Shown: one piece after another, positions 38,067 to 50,628 of the stretch
Numbering within the stretch: the first letter of the stretch is position 1
How the letters are laid out: every line of letters starts with the position of its first letter
Source: Ostrea edulis
Taxonomy: Eukaryota
Direction of reading: 5' to 3'
Assembly: GCF_947568905.1 (NCBI RefSeq)
Contig: NC_079168.1
Coordinates: forward strand, 37,572,001-37,636,000
Length of the DNA stretch: 64,000 bases
Notes under the pieces: generated by a model
What the model was told of the DNA's origin: nothing
Database searches by the model: none
The model's input: the letters and a program-made list of their open reading frames with translations, nothing else
Translations under genes and position numbers: made by a program

Positions 38067-38096
<30 letters not shown>
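38067..38096. repeat. (AT)n microsatellite
   Basis: Direct reading. Confidence 0.95.
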
Positions 38097-38098
<2 letters not shown>

Positions 38099-41000
38099 GC
38101 ACGTTATGCTGTGACATTTGTGAGCACGGCACTTCTCGCCTGTTTATTTGCCGACCTTCACCACATTTTTTTCACCACGTTGGATTCATTGTGAAGAGTA
38201 AAAAAAAATTATCATTACATATCCCATCGCAAATATTTACAAATCGTGGATTTTAACTTCCTTTTTGTCACGAGAAACTGTCGATCTCTGAACCTCCGCC
38301 ACCGCAGTCTCGTGGGTGAGGAGTTGTACAATGACCAAGCACCTCCAGTCTACCGGCGTTCTGTCTGATTGACATGTGCCTAGTATTAAGTACACAATCC
38401 ACGCTTGGCAGTATATCTGTATGTGTATAAACCAGTGTTATGAACCATGAAATCCCAATAAACGACCTGATTTTCTATAAATCATATCACATTAAGTGCG
38501 ATTGTACACCATACTACATAAGATCCCATACAGTCACAGGCTTATTTATGTAACACACACATGACGTCTAACTAACACAGTGTGTAAATATAGAAGCTAT
38601 ATAGATAAATATTGTCTACATATTTTCTCTACTTCTGCATTATCATAAACGGATATATGCACCATGTATATCATCTAATCGACCATCAAGTGCGCAGTGT
38701 ACTTATAAATACTTCCATCCGCCGAGGCTGTGTAGCATTCTTGTACGAACAATAACCAATTTATATAATTAATTATTGGGAGTAATTAGTACGGTGGTCA
38801 TCCTTATTGAGATAGCAGCGTGCATATCTATACACGACAAGGGATCCCATCAGTTGGCACCTTTTTGTTGGATATGTAAACCATTTTGTGTTGGCGATTT
38901 CAATAAATACCCAATAAAGGCGGCTATTTGGCCCAGTAAGGCTACGTAAGCATAAACTGTCTAGAAAGTAACCACTTGGACTCGTAAATTCTGCCACAGG
39001 TACCTACACATCCCTGTGTTATGTGATGTGATGTACTGTATGACTGATTGCCACAGCAAACGAACTATTGCTAGTCTCTCTCCCCTCTCTCTATCTCTCT
39101 TTATCTCTCTCTCTCATTTAAAAAAAATCTGAGATTTATCAAAATAAAAAGATGCGTCATGCAGTCATTAGCACTTACTTTTCAGCTACCCACATGTAAA
39201 AGTTTCATTTATTAACACTTATATTCTCTGACAAGCGAGAACAAATAGTGTAATTTTATCTACTACACAAGAAACACTGCGAATGTTTGATCTTTAATAA
39301 GGTCGTTAGTGGATGTGGACGGTGCTGATTGAAAATTGCACCACACACACACACATATATATACATACAGACTGACAGACAGACAGCGACAGACATACAT
39401 TAACTGTAACTAAGTTAGCCATTTCAATTGTAGGTATATGTGTCTGAATTGATGTCGTTGATAACGATGACATTTATCTTGACTAACACCTGTTGTTGTG
39501 AAATTCCATTTCTGTGATATGATTCATGAATATCGATCTGGAGATTAATCACCAACTTCCATGTCACCCATTTCCTAAATATCCGACAAAACAATAAATA
39601 TTGTTAATTATTTCATATCATTACGCAATATGTGCATCCTAATTAAGGGCACTTCACAATGAAATACAATCTATACTAAAACAATGGTTTTTAAAAGTAC
39701 AATATGTGTCCTGTTCATCCTCCCTAACCGGTATTCTGTGTATGTCAATACTGTTATAAGAATATAACATTCTTAAGGTCGTTTAACACACAGTGGATTA
39801 CCTCGTAATTTAATTTTAATATAAGTTTAATAGGTTTTGTGGCCATTTTTCTCGGCGATCCCCACATTTATCACTTCACGAGGCGGATGTGGCCTCTAAA
39901 TCAATTTATTCTCCTCACATACTATTCCATCTCCACAAACACACGTTTCTTTCCAACTCGTATTAATAACCAGGTGAATCGTGTCACATGGCGACCAATA
40001 AAACCTACCTCCTGTTTCAAATATTAAAGATAAAATATGCAAATATTTTCAGCGAGCCTGACACGACATTCTTTTGCTCGTAAAATTTCAGCGAGTCTGA
40101 CAATTGTGAAACACAACCTCCTTTCGTTCGTAAAATACGGGAAGAACATTAGGAGAAAGTCGGGAACCATGAAAAAGAAACCTATACACGCTTGAAAACG
40201 CAATGTACACCAAGAAAATCGTTAATGAATGTCAGCCCAAACCGACGTCCGAAAATTCATAAAGCTGACAGGGCCCCCGATCCGCTAGTCTGTACTGCGG
40301 GGCACTCTGGACAGTAAATATTGTGCTGGGTCTTCGGTCTATCGTATCATGGACCGTCAACCGCATGTTTACGTTACCTCGAGACAGGCTGTATACATAT
40401 AGACAATGTTTGATGTACTAAGTATACAAACAATGTGTTATCTCTCTCTCCCTTCCTCTCTCTCTCTCTCTCTGTACTCCGTGTCATTAAGATCATCATA
40501 AAGGCTCAACGACATCGGAACAGTGTAAATTTTTTTAATTTTAAATCTGTTTTACAAATCGAGTGCATACAATACTTTTGAATAGATTATCATATATAAA
40601 ACTGATTTAGAATCACTTCAGTGCTAATATTTTGTAAATGGGATTGAATGTTCTATATTTGTATATACTTATATATTCATTATTGAATTGACAGAAATAT
40701 CTTTGACACTACTAAGTGCAGACTGTCACTAATAAAAATATTTAATTAATTACTTATCTATAAGGAGGTATTAGGAAACTACTTTGAATGCAGAATTGGT
40801 AAAATACACAGTTTTCCAGGAGTTCTGCCGTTTAATTAAAGGACCCCTCCCCCTCCTACCTTCAGAACATTTTACACGCTTACAATTTCTGTATTTTACC
40901 CGATGTTCACGCTAAAATGAAACAAAAGTAATTAAGAAAATATGCTGTTCAGATAGAGGAATGGATTTAAATAAAGATATTAAATCACCTACCGATAATA

Positions 41001-43213
41001 GTAGGTGTGCTTGCGAGAGAAGATATGCGCAGTTCTATATTTCGTGAAAAGAATATGAAAATAAAATAATCCAGGAAGTTAATCATAAACTGCTCCTAAT
41101 TAACGAAGTGTAAAGAACACTTCGTGGGTTAATCAATAACTGATTAGTAATCTAGAATATGTGTTTGAACATCCCGACTATCTAGTATTTTTTAACATCT
41201 TAATAACGGTTAGGAGATTTCTTCACGTAATATGACAAACGAATGGATTTGTTAAAAGCATGTTTTGTGAAAAATTAAGACCCCTGGGCTTAGTAATTAA
41301 AACTTGATAGTTTATAAATGTACCGCCTTTCTAGCCCCCGGGGGGACATTCATAACGGTCTCATTAACAATGATAAAGGTTACTTTAAAATGTAACATGA
41401 AAATAATTTAGTTCCTATCAGCCGCTTCAATCTGATCTCTTCCCAAAGAGTCAATATTTCGATTAGTAGACCCACTACCACTGATTATTGACCCCTAGGA
41501 GCGGAAACTTGCGCTAGATTAGATAGGTCTGAGCGCCCGCCAGCTCCCAGCGCTTAATTTTAAAACTGCATGAACTATTCTTTTTTTTTTGGTCATCTGC
41601 GTTCATTATCTGGACATAAGCGAGGACTTGATTTCTCGCTATATACACACACGAGTGCCACAAGGTAAAAATAATATATGTACTCCCTACTTATTTGCAA
41701 CAGGTCCATTAAACAAGTTCAAAGGGCGAGAACGCTGTGCGCTTGCGACACCAGAAATTTATGTACCATTTTATTATTTTCTTCTCTACAACGAAATCAT
41801 GCTAATTATGCTAAAAAGTTTGTGGAAAAAAGCAAACAACCTATACATCAACCCAGTTCGTTATACTTTATCGTGAAATACGAAAACGCTCGTTTTTCAC
41901 TGCCTTACAAAGTATTCTCTGAAGTTAAGAACCTGACACCTAAACCCGCGACTTTTCAGGTTCAGAATTTTCTTCATTGTGATAACGATAATGCAAATTG
42001 CTGCAAACATTATGACGATAAACCCTAGTAAGCTCCCATCAAAACCAATTGAAGCAAAGTGGTCTCCAAAAGCCTCGATCGAGAGACGAAGGTCATATAC
42101 GGTTAAAAATAAATCTGTTTTAGTGATTTTCTGATTCTTGTTCTCGGGAGGAAATACATGAATTGGTTACTAAGGTAGTGTCTTTTATTATCAGTTTGAG
42201 AGTCACCGACATCGATCTTAAATGTTTTCGATAGAGGTTGTCTTTCTAGAGACGAGAGTATTGCATGTCCCTCTCTGTGCCGGGATCCCTATACAATTCG
42301 CCGACACTGGGATATTGATCCCGAGTAAAGACGTAGATAAGATAATGAAGAAAGTACATTCAATATTATTTTAAGAAATATTGATGTCCTCTTAAACTTA
42401 TCGAATTTCAATACTTTGAAAACAGATATGTTAATATTAATAGGTTTTATACAGGTATATATTGGAGAAAGCGGGATCGTGAATCCTTACGCCGATACAG
42501 AAATATTTTTATCAACAGTTTCAGAATAAAAGACTAAAATTAATTTTATCGGTGTAATTTATGACATGAGATACATTACTTTTCTAGTGGTGTCATTGAA
42601 GGATTGCCAATAAGGTCGATGTATATAGCCAAGTTGATACAGACCGAGTTAACCAGAATCGACAAAGAAGACCTTTAAGATTAAATCATAAGATTTTCTA
42701 TAGTCAATGCACAACTTATACATAGACCCCACAGTGTCCGCTGGTTACTGTCTACTTATGGTACCTACACAGCAAACTTGGAATCAGAACTCAAATACAA
42801 CACCAACGTGCTAATTAATATCAGTGGATAATAATCGCGATTTTGAACTTTTAACATTAAATAGAAACAATATATTTTGATACACCCACGTTCATTTACA
42901 CTTTGCGAGGTTTTTATCCTTGTGTTCGATAAATATTCTTTATATTGCTGATAAACATGAGAAGGGATTGTTCTCGTGTTTTCTCTTAGTCAAGATTGTA
43001 ATTCATATGTCGTTATCGCCAACAAACTGTCTACCTGTAAATCAATGAACAAAATACAAATATTGATTATATTGTATCCACTTTTGAGTAAATTTAAACA
43101 AAGGGGAGAGTATCATCAAAGAAGACCCCCTCCCCGCCCCCAACAAAAAGCTTCCCACATATGATACCACGAAAAATAAAAATGCGTACAGCAAAAACAG
43201 CATTAATTAAATT

Positions 43214-43891
43214 ACATGTTAGAATCACTTCCCAGATTTTTCCAGTGAGTTTTCAATATCTTACGTTAAAATCACTCCCCAAGTATTGAGTTTTCAATAT
43301 GTGACATGTTAGAATCGCTATCCGGATGTTTCAGTATCTTATATGTATGTTAGAATCGCTATCCGGATATTTCAGTGAATTTTCAGTATTTTACATATAA
43401 GTATGTTAGAATCGCTATCCGGATATTTCAGTGAGTTTTCAGTATTTTATATATAAGTATGATAGAATCGCTATCCGGATGTTCCAGTGTTTTATATATA
43501 AGTATGTTAGAATCGCTATCCGGATGTTTCAGTAAATTTTCAGTATTTCATATATAAGTATTTTAGAATCGTTATCCAGATATTTCAGTATTATATATAT
43601 ATATAAACTTGTATGTTAGAATCGCTATCTGGATGTTTTAGTATCTTATATATATAAGTATGTTAGAATCGTTATCCGGATGTTTCAGTGAATTTTCAGT
43701 ATTTTATACATAAGTATGATAGAATCGCTATCCGGGTGTTTCAGTATTTTTATATATAAATATGATAGAATCGTAATCCGGATGTTTCAGTGTTTTATAT
43801 ATAAGTATGTTAGAATCGCTATCCGGATGTTTCAGTAAATTTTCAGTATTTCATATTTAAGTATTTTAGAATCGTTATCCAGATATTTCAG

Positions 43892-43954
<63 letters not shown>

Positions 43955-46420
43955 TGTATGTTAGAATTGCTATCTGGATGTTTTAGTATCTTATATATAT
44001 AAGTATGTTAGAATCGTTATCCGGATGTTTCAGTGAGTTTTCAGCATTTCATATATAAGTATGTTAGAATCGCTATCCGAATATTTCAGTATTTTATATG
44101 TAAGTATGATAGAATCGTTATCCGGATGTTTCAGTGAGTTTCAGTATTTTACATATAAGTATGATAGAATCGCTATCCGGATGTTTCAGCGAGTTTCAGT
44201 ATTTTATATATAAGTATGTTAGAATCGCTATTCGGATGTTTCAGTATTTTATATATAAGTATGCTAGAATAGCTGTTCGGATGTTTCAGTGAGTTTTTAG
44301 TATTTTGTATTTAAGTATGTTAGAATCGTTATCCGGATGTTTCAGCGAGTTTCAGTATTTTATATATAAGTATGTTAGAATCGCTATTCGGATGTTTCAG
44401 TATTTTAAAAATAAGTATGATAGAATCGCTATCCGGATGTTTCAGTGAGTTTTCAGTATTTCATAGATAAGTATGATAGAATCGCTATCCGGGTGTTTCA
44501 GTATTTTATATATAAGTATGATAGAATCACTATCCGGATGTTTCAGTATTTTATATATAAGTATGTTAGAATCGCTATCCGGATGTTTCAGTGAGTTTTC
44601 AGTATTTTACATATAAGTATGATAGAATCGCTATCCGGATGTTTCAGTATTTCATATATATACATGTAAGTATGATAGAATCGCTATCCGAATGTTTCAG
44701 CAAGTTTTTAGTATTTTATTAGCATGTTAGAATCGATATCCGGATGTTTCAGTGAGTTTTCAGTATTTCATATATAAGTATGTTAGAATCGCTATCCGGG
44801 TGTTTCAGTATTTTATATATAAGATGATAGAATCGCTATCCGACTGTTTCAGTATTTTATATGTAAGTATGATAGAATCGTTATACGGATGTTTCAGTGA
44901 GATTTCAGTATTTTGTATTTAAGTATGTTAGAATCGTTATCCGGATGTCCCAGCGAGTTTTCAGTGTATGTTAGAATCGCTATTCGGATGTTTCAGTGAG
45001 TTTTCAGTATTTTACATGTTAATATCACTCCGCGGGTGTTCCAGTGGTTTTTCAGGATTTTATACATGCATGTTGAAATCGTTCCCTGTGTGCCCCAGTG
45101 ATTAAATATGTATCGATGACTGCCCTATTTCGGTGACTGACCAGAATCGGTGACCTTTTATTTACGTATGCGTGTTGTGGTTTCCGGGTGTAGATTGCGT
45201 CATCAATTTCGCCGTAGTGTTTACAAACATATATAGAGTACGCCTTCACCCCCCCCCCCCCTCCCCCCGAAAATGAACTACTATAGAAGGAGAGTATGCA
45301 AAAAATGAACACGAGCACCCCAAAAATAAGCCCATTTACTTATTTCCTTTTCAAGCAAACCTTCAAATTGATATAAAGTATACCAAAAGTCTTGAATTCT
45401 ACACTATGTTATATTATTCATCGACGTTTAATTGCACATTCCTCCTGTACATACGTTTCAACAGTTACAAACTTTTGGCAAACCTATATATCAATAATGG
45501 TCACCGAAATATGTGACGTCACCGTTTTAGGAGCACAAAGTGACATGTTTTTTGTTACGAAAATATATTCAATTAACGTACCAATGGAGTTTGAATTTTT
45601 TGGATGAAAGTAAAGGAATTTAATTACTTTAAAGGTAGGTGTATTATTTATTTATTTAATCCAAGTGATTAATGAGAAAATCGCGGTTTATCACTAAGGT
45701 CACCGAAACTGGTCAGTCGACGATATGTTAGACTCGCTGTGTTCCAGTGAGTTATTGCATGTTGGAATCGCTAGCCGGCTGTTAGAATCACTCTCCAGGT
45801 GTACCCGTGAGTTTTAGTATGTACGGGTATGTTTGTTTTACGTCCCTTCGAGAATTTTTCACTCATAACGGGACTTCACCAACTGTAGGTTAGACCTATG
45901 CTTGGCGCTCAGGGCCGCAGCAGTGGGGTCTTTAACGTGCCAACGTTTACCGCGACCTCCGTTTTCAGGGTCATATCCGACAGACCCGTGATTCTCACTT
46001 CTACAATGTCGAGCGTTTGACGGAGCAATCACACTCTGTGTTCACGTCATAGGTTTGGACGCATTCATGGTAAACGCGGGAATCGAACTCAAGATCTCCC
46101 GGTTACCCGGTATTCCAGTGAGTTTTCAGTATTGTATACATGTATGTTAGAATCGCTCCCCAAGTGTTGTGGACAGTGAGTTTTCGTATTTTATATATTC
46201 GATCGCTCCTTGGATGTTTCAGCATTTTATACATGCATGTTAGAATCGCTCTCCGAATGTGCCAGTGAGTTTTTTGTTATGTTGTATGTTAGAATAGCTA
46301 GCCGGGTGTTATACAATCACTCCCCGGGTGTTCCCGTGAGTTTACAATAATTTACACCCGGGTGTTCCAGTGAGTTTACAATAATTTACACCCGGGTGTT
46401 CCAGTGAGTTTTCAGTTTCA
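43214..46420. repeat. 45/56-bp satellite (GTATGTTAGAATCGCTATCCGGATGTTTCA[GTGAGTTTTCA]GTATTTTATATATAA); homogeneous core about 43327-45010, degenerate flanks, interrupted at about 45080-45730 and by a SINE
   Basis: About 30 recognisable units in the core; the short and long variants differ by an 11-bp GTGAGTTTTCA module. Confidence 0.95.
45827..46106 (-). mobile_element. Older tRNA-headed SINE sharing the Deu-like core and 3' tail with copies A-C
   Basis: Pol III B box GAGTTCGATTCC on the minus strand (46079-46090). Core tcggatatgaccctgaaaacggaggtc...tggcacgttaaagacccc...gcgccaagcataggtc and tail atgagtgaaaaattctcgaagggacgtaaaacaaac align to copies A-C. Confidence 0.75.
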
Positions 46421-49400
46421 CCCGGCAAGCTGATAGGATCGAGACGTTCTTTTACGTGATTTTCAAAAGATGTTGAAATAGTTTCTACTTTTGGATTTGA
46501 CTCTCGCGATATGCCTTTTCACGGTCTCTCGACCAAGAAGTGGAAGAAACCTGCAAGTTAAAGGATAAGCTGGGACCCAACGGATCCGATTCCGAGATAA
46601 AACCTTGGTGACAGTCAGCTTGTCAGATCTATGAAAACTACTCTGAGCATTCAGCCTTTGTCTGAAGGAATACAGTTCGTAATCTCTTCCAAAGTTTTAA
46701 ATAGCAGGTCCATAATACTCAACTTGTTAAGATAAGAAAGTAAAGAATTAGAGAGACGGCCAAAGCCCCGGGGAATACAGACACGAGAAGGCCTTAATTA
46801 CTAAACACATGCATTGCGGCTGTATACATATCGATATAATCTTTTTAAAATATTGGTAAATACAAATCGTGTATATTTTTCTGAAGGTTAAACGCAGTAG
46901 GCTCTACATTTAATAAAAATCCAGTCACAATAATCTTTGCAAAATGTATATGTAAATGAAGAGTATACATTTCATGGTCGAAGCGCTTCGAAATTTCCTT
47001 CTAGTTTTCATCGCCATTCAAAGTGACAATTACCTCGACAAAAAAGACGATAAATGGCGGTATTATTTGATTTTATCGTGACTTGGAGGACAGATAACAT
47101 CGACCCCAGCTCTTCATGATGTATTTTCGCTTGAATTCTTTTCTTTCCACTCCTCGCCGTGTCTAGAATACAGAATAGCGTTTTTCTGTATTCTGTTTCA
47201 CCATCTCTCTCACAAATAACACCCGTATTACAATAAGCTGAATCCGGGTGCCACGACCTCATCTTTCCTTCACTGCGGAGCAATGCGATGAATAGAAATC
47301 ACGTGATACGCGTCTCATATTGCCTATTTTCTTTAATTATAATACGATGCGCGATTTCATCTTTTATATTTTTCTTTACATGCACCTGATATTCTGATAT
47401 TAAAGTTTTCTATTCGCTACCTTTTCCCCATGCATGAGATAATTTTCGCACTTGAGAAGAACTACAATGCCTACCCATAAACATAACCAGGCTAGTTTTG
47501 TGGTTTTGCGGTTCAGTAATCCATGAAGCAGTTAATGTATCATCTTTTTTTTTTGGATTTTTTGATGAAATATTTATAATCTTAATCAGGGAACGAGAAT
47601 CACGTCGGATCTTATGACTTGAAATCAAGTATGATAGCACGCCATCGACTCGTTACCGTACATGGCCACATGAACTCAGAATCGACCGAGGGCTCCGTGA
47701 CATACGGAAGGCGGTGGCCCACATATGAAGAAATCTACATGATATGTCATCTATTCATTAATGGTAATAGAAAAAAAAAATCACGATTGGTTGTGAATAT
47801 TGTAACATTGTCAGTTGATTCGTCGACCAGTTTTTGCGCATTGGCACCGGTATTTAACAGTTCTATCAAGTAACCGGACGTTACATAGGCAGTTAGAGCG
47901 ACCCCCTGCAACGGACACTTTTTGTTGTGGAGGACCTTTCTACTTTGATAGACACTTTGTGTCAAGGTTAACGATTCTCAGAGGAAGTCACATGCAGTAA
48001 ATCTGTTTCTCTTACTACACTCCCGTTCTCATATCTGAATTCAGACATGCTTTCCATATGTATTTTAGAGAGTTTTACGATGCTTTCAATTTTTACAATC
48101 TCTTGTTAAGATTGTACTTGGTAACGAAGAGATAAAGACTCCCAATTCAACAACCAAACATGTATTTTTGACATTTTTATGTGATTACTACCCGGGTTGA
48201 TCGACATTATCTGGGGGTCAATAAACGGAAACTGCCGAACATACTTTATGCAATTATCTAACTTAAACGCAGAATAGTAGTTTTCAGTTTGTTTTATGAC
48301 TCTCCAGACCTTTAATCCACTCCAAAAGATGAATATATGGAAGCTTTGAAAACAAAGTATATACAGATCTTGTTTGTAATCCAATTAAGTATACGAAATG
48401 GATTTCAAATTTGACAATTTTGTCCAGATTAAGACAGAGTTTTTGGTAAATTTCAAGAACCCTAGAGTTCAATCTCTTGTAATCGTACATCCGACTTTGG
48501 GCTAGGTCGATTGATAAGTAAAAAAGACATGATATTTCCCCCCACGTTTTAGTCACTCCAGGGTTCAAGTGTTCCATTTGGCCAACATCAGAAAATCTTT
48601 ATCTCAGATTTATCTAAGTTTACTTAATATTTAAGTTGAAGTACGAATGTCATAGCTTCACACTTTGGTATACAGATAGCAAGAATTACCTTTGAAAAGG
48701 TACTTAAAAAAGAAACAAAATCAGAATATGATCAAGCCAGAATAGTTGACACTTTTTTTTTAAAGGAGAGGGGGGTTACATTTCCCCTATACATGTATAT
48801 ACATACAAATGGGGACCGCATTTCGTTAAGGGATAGATTTTTGATTTGTCTATGAATTACAGATACAACATAAATATTATTGTATCCACAGAAGCTAATA
48901 ACCTCTAAAGAGACCTGTCATACTTATAGCAAGTTTAGGTGTTATAAGTTAAGGCGGATCAGAGTGGATTAACGAAATACAGAATTAGCGTTGATAAGGA
49001 CCTGAATACTCGCATAACCATGCTCATTTTAAGTTAATTAAAGGTGCATAAGGCTTCCCGGGAACCGTTCATATTTGTATAGATATCCTGTTAATCACAT
49101 CTGCCCGAGAAAACATTTGCCTTATTGATTTCGTTTTGCTTAGAAATCTAGTGTTTAATTGTAGTCCTAACTGTGTACACAATAACCTAACAGTTTCATT
49201 TTAGGAGGGATTTCGGAACAGCATACAGAAATTTTCTACAGTTTTCTTTTCTTCGTTTTTTGTTATTAACACGCGTGACCAAAGCTCAACAGAAGACAAT
49301 GAAAAGTTCTCAAGTCCATTCAGATAGAAATATTTATCTTCTTCATCGGATTTTGGAGTGAAGTTTTGTGTACCAGGACATGTTAAAAGTAAACATTCGA

Positions 49401-49587
49401 CAACAAACTAATTGAAATCAAACAGCAGCTTCCAACCTCAGGGTCTATTCTAAACCCCCAGAAGTTTAAATCGAAACATTTCAAAGAAATGAAAAACGAT
49501 TTCCATCGTATCAACTTACTCGCAATACCAGAGATCATACAATATTTAAGCAGGGTTAACCCCTTTTTGAAATAACAAAATACACGT

Positions 49588-49722
49588 GAAAGGTAAAGAT
49601 AACGAACAGTGATCAATCTAATATATCCTATAAAGAATATAAAATTGAGAGTAGGGTAAACCTGGACCCCTGGACACACCAGAGGTGGGAACAGGTGTAT
49701 AGTCCCTGTTCAACGGTCACAT
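49588..49722 (-). mobile_element. 3' UTR fragment of a Penelope-like/non-LTR retroelement
   Basis: Reverse complement of the 59570-59712 segment (cccacctctggtgtgtccaggggtcc...gttcgttatct). Confidence 0.75.
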
Positions 49723-49979
49723 CATAATCATATCTAATAATCATATACAACAAAGTTTGTCAATCCTTGAGAAACATGTCATGTAGCAAAAAGATATACT
49801 AGACAAACACTTGTTTAAAGGAAATTGTAATGAAATGACCAAACTCTAGAAATATGACAATTTTTCAAACCCGATCGGAATTGTAGAATGCGGTGATATA
49901 CATTAAAATCAGAAAACTACATCCCCTTTTTGTGAAATGGTTTCAAAACTAAATGAATGTATACAGAAAATGACAAATG

Positions 49980-50120
49980 NNNNNNNNNNNNNNNNNNNNN
50001 NNNNNNNNNNNNNNNNNNNNNNNNNNNNNNNNNNNNNNNNNNNNNNNNNNNNNNNNNNNNNNNNNNNNNNNNNNNNNNNNNNNNNNNNNNNNNNNNNNNN
50101 NNNNNNNNNNNNNNNNNNNN
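49980..50120. other. Assembly gap (141 N)
   Basis: Run of N. Confidence 1.
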
Positions 50121-50121
50121 A

Positions 50122-50495
50122 AGAGAAGGATAAAATCTTCAAGTAACATATACATTAGTAGCGAAAATGTATCGGACAAACATATTGTTAAGAATTTGAA
50201 TCAAACCTGATGAAAAAGTTCCCATCCCGATCAAAATTGATAGATAATACAAGAATAATGAAATCCCAACATCAAGGTCAAAAATTTGATATGTTTACAC
50301 ATATAATTACATGTATTTTGTGTTCCACTTCCATTTTGACCTTGATGTTGGGATTTCATTATTCTTGTATTTTCTATCAATTTTAATCGGGATGGGAACT
50401 TTTTCATCAGGTTTGATTCAAATTCTTAACAATATGTTTGTCCGATACATTTTCGCTACTAATGTATATGTTACTTGAAGATTTTATCCTTTTCT
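50122..50495. repeat. Long inverted repeat (162-bp arms, 50-bp spacer, about 3 mismatches), foldback-like
   Basis: 50122-50283 is the reverse complement of 50334-50495. Confidence 0.92.
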
Positions 50496-50547
50496 GGGCA
50501 TGTTTTATTAGATATTCATGCATCACATCACAGTATTAGTGTGTGTC

Positions 50548-50628
50548 TTATATATATATAAATATATATATATATGTGTGTGTATGTATATATATATATA
50601 TATATATATAATTCTTTATATATACACA
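50548..50628. repeat. Compound (TA)n/(TG)n/(CA)n microsatellite
   Basis: Direct reading. Confidence 0.85.

Noticed and set aside
43214-46420. CRISPR-like appearance of regularly spaced AGAATCGCTATCCGGATG
   Set aside because: The intervening sequences are themselves repeated rather than unique spacers, there are no cas genes, and the context is eukaryotic; it is a satellite.
49909-50210. ORFs spanning the N gap
   Set aside because: Artefacts of translating N.
50207-50260. CTGATGA motifs (also near 5243, 5997 and 55473) as hammerhead cores
   Set aside because: No stem II followed by GAAA can be formed.
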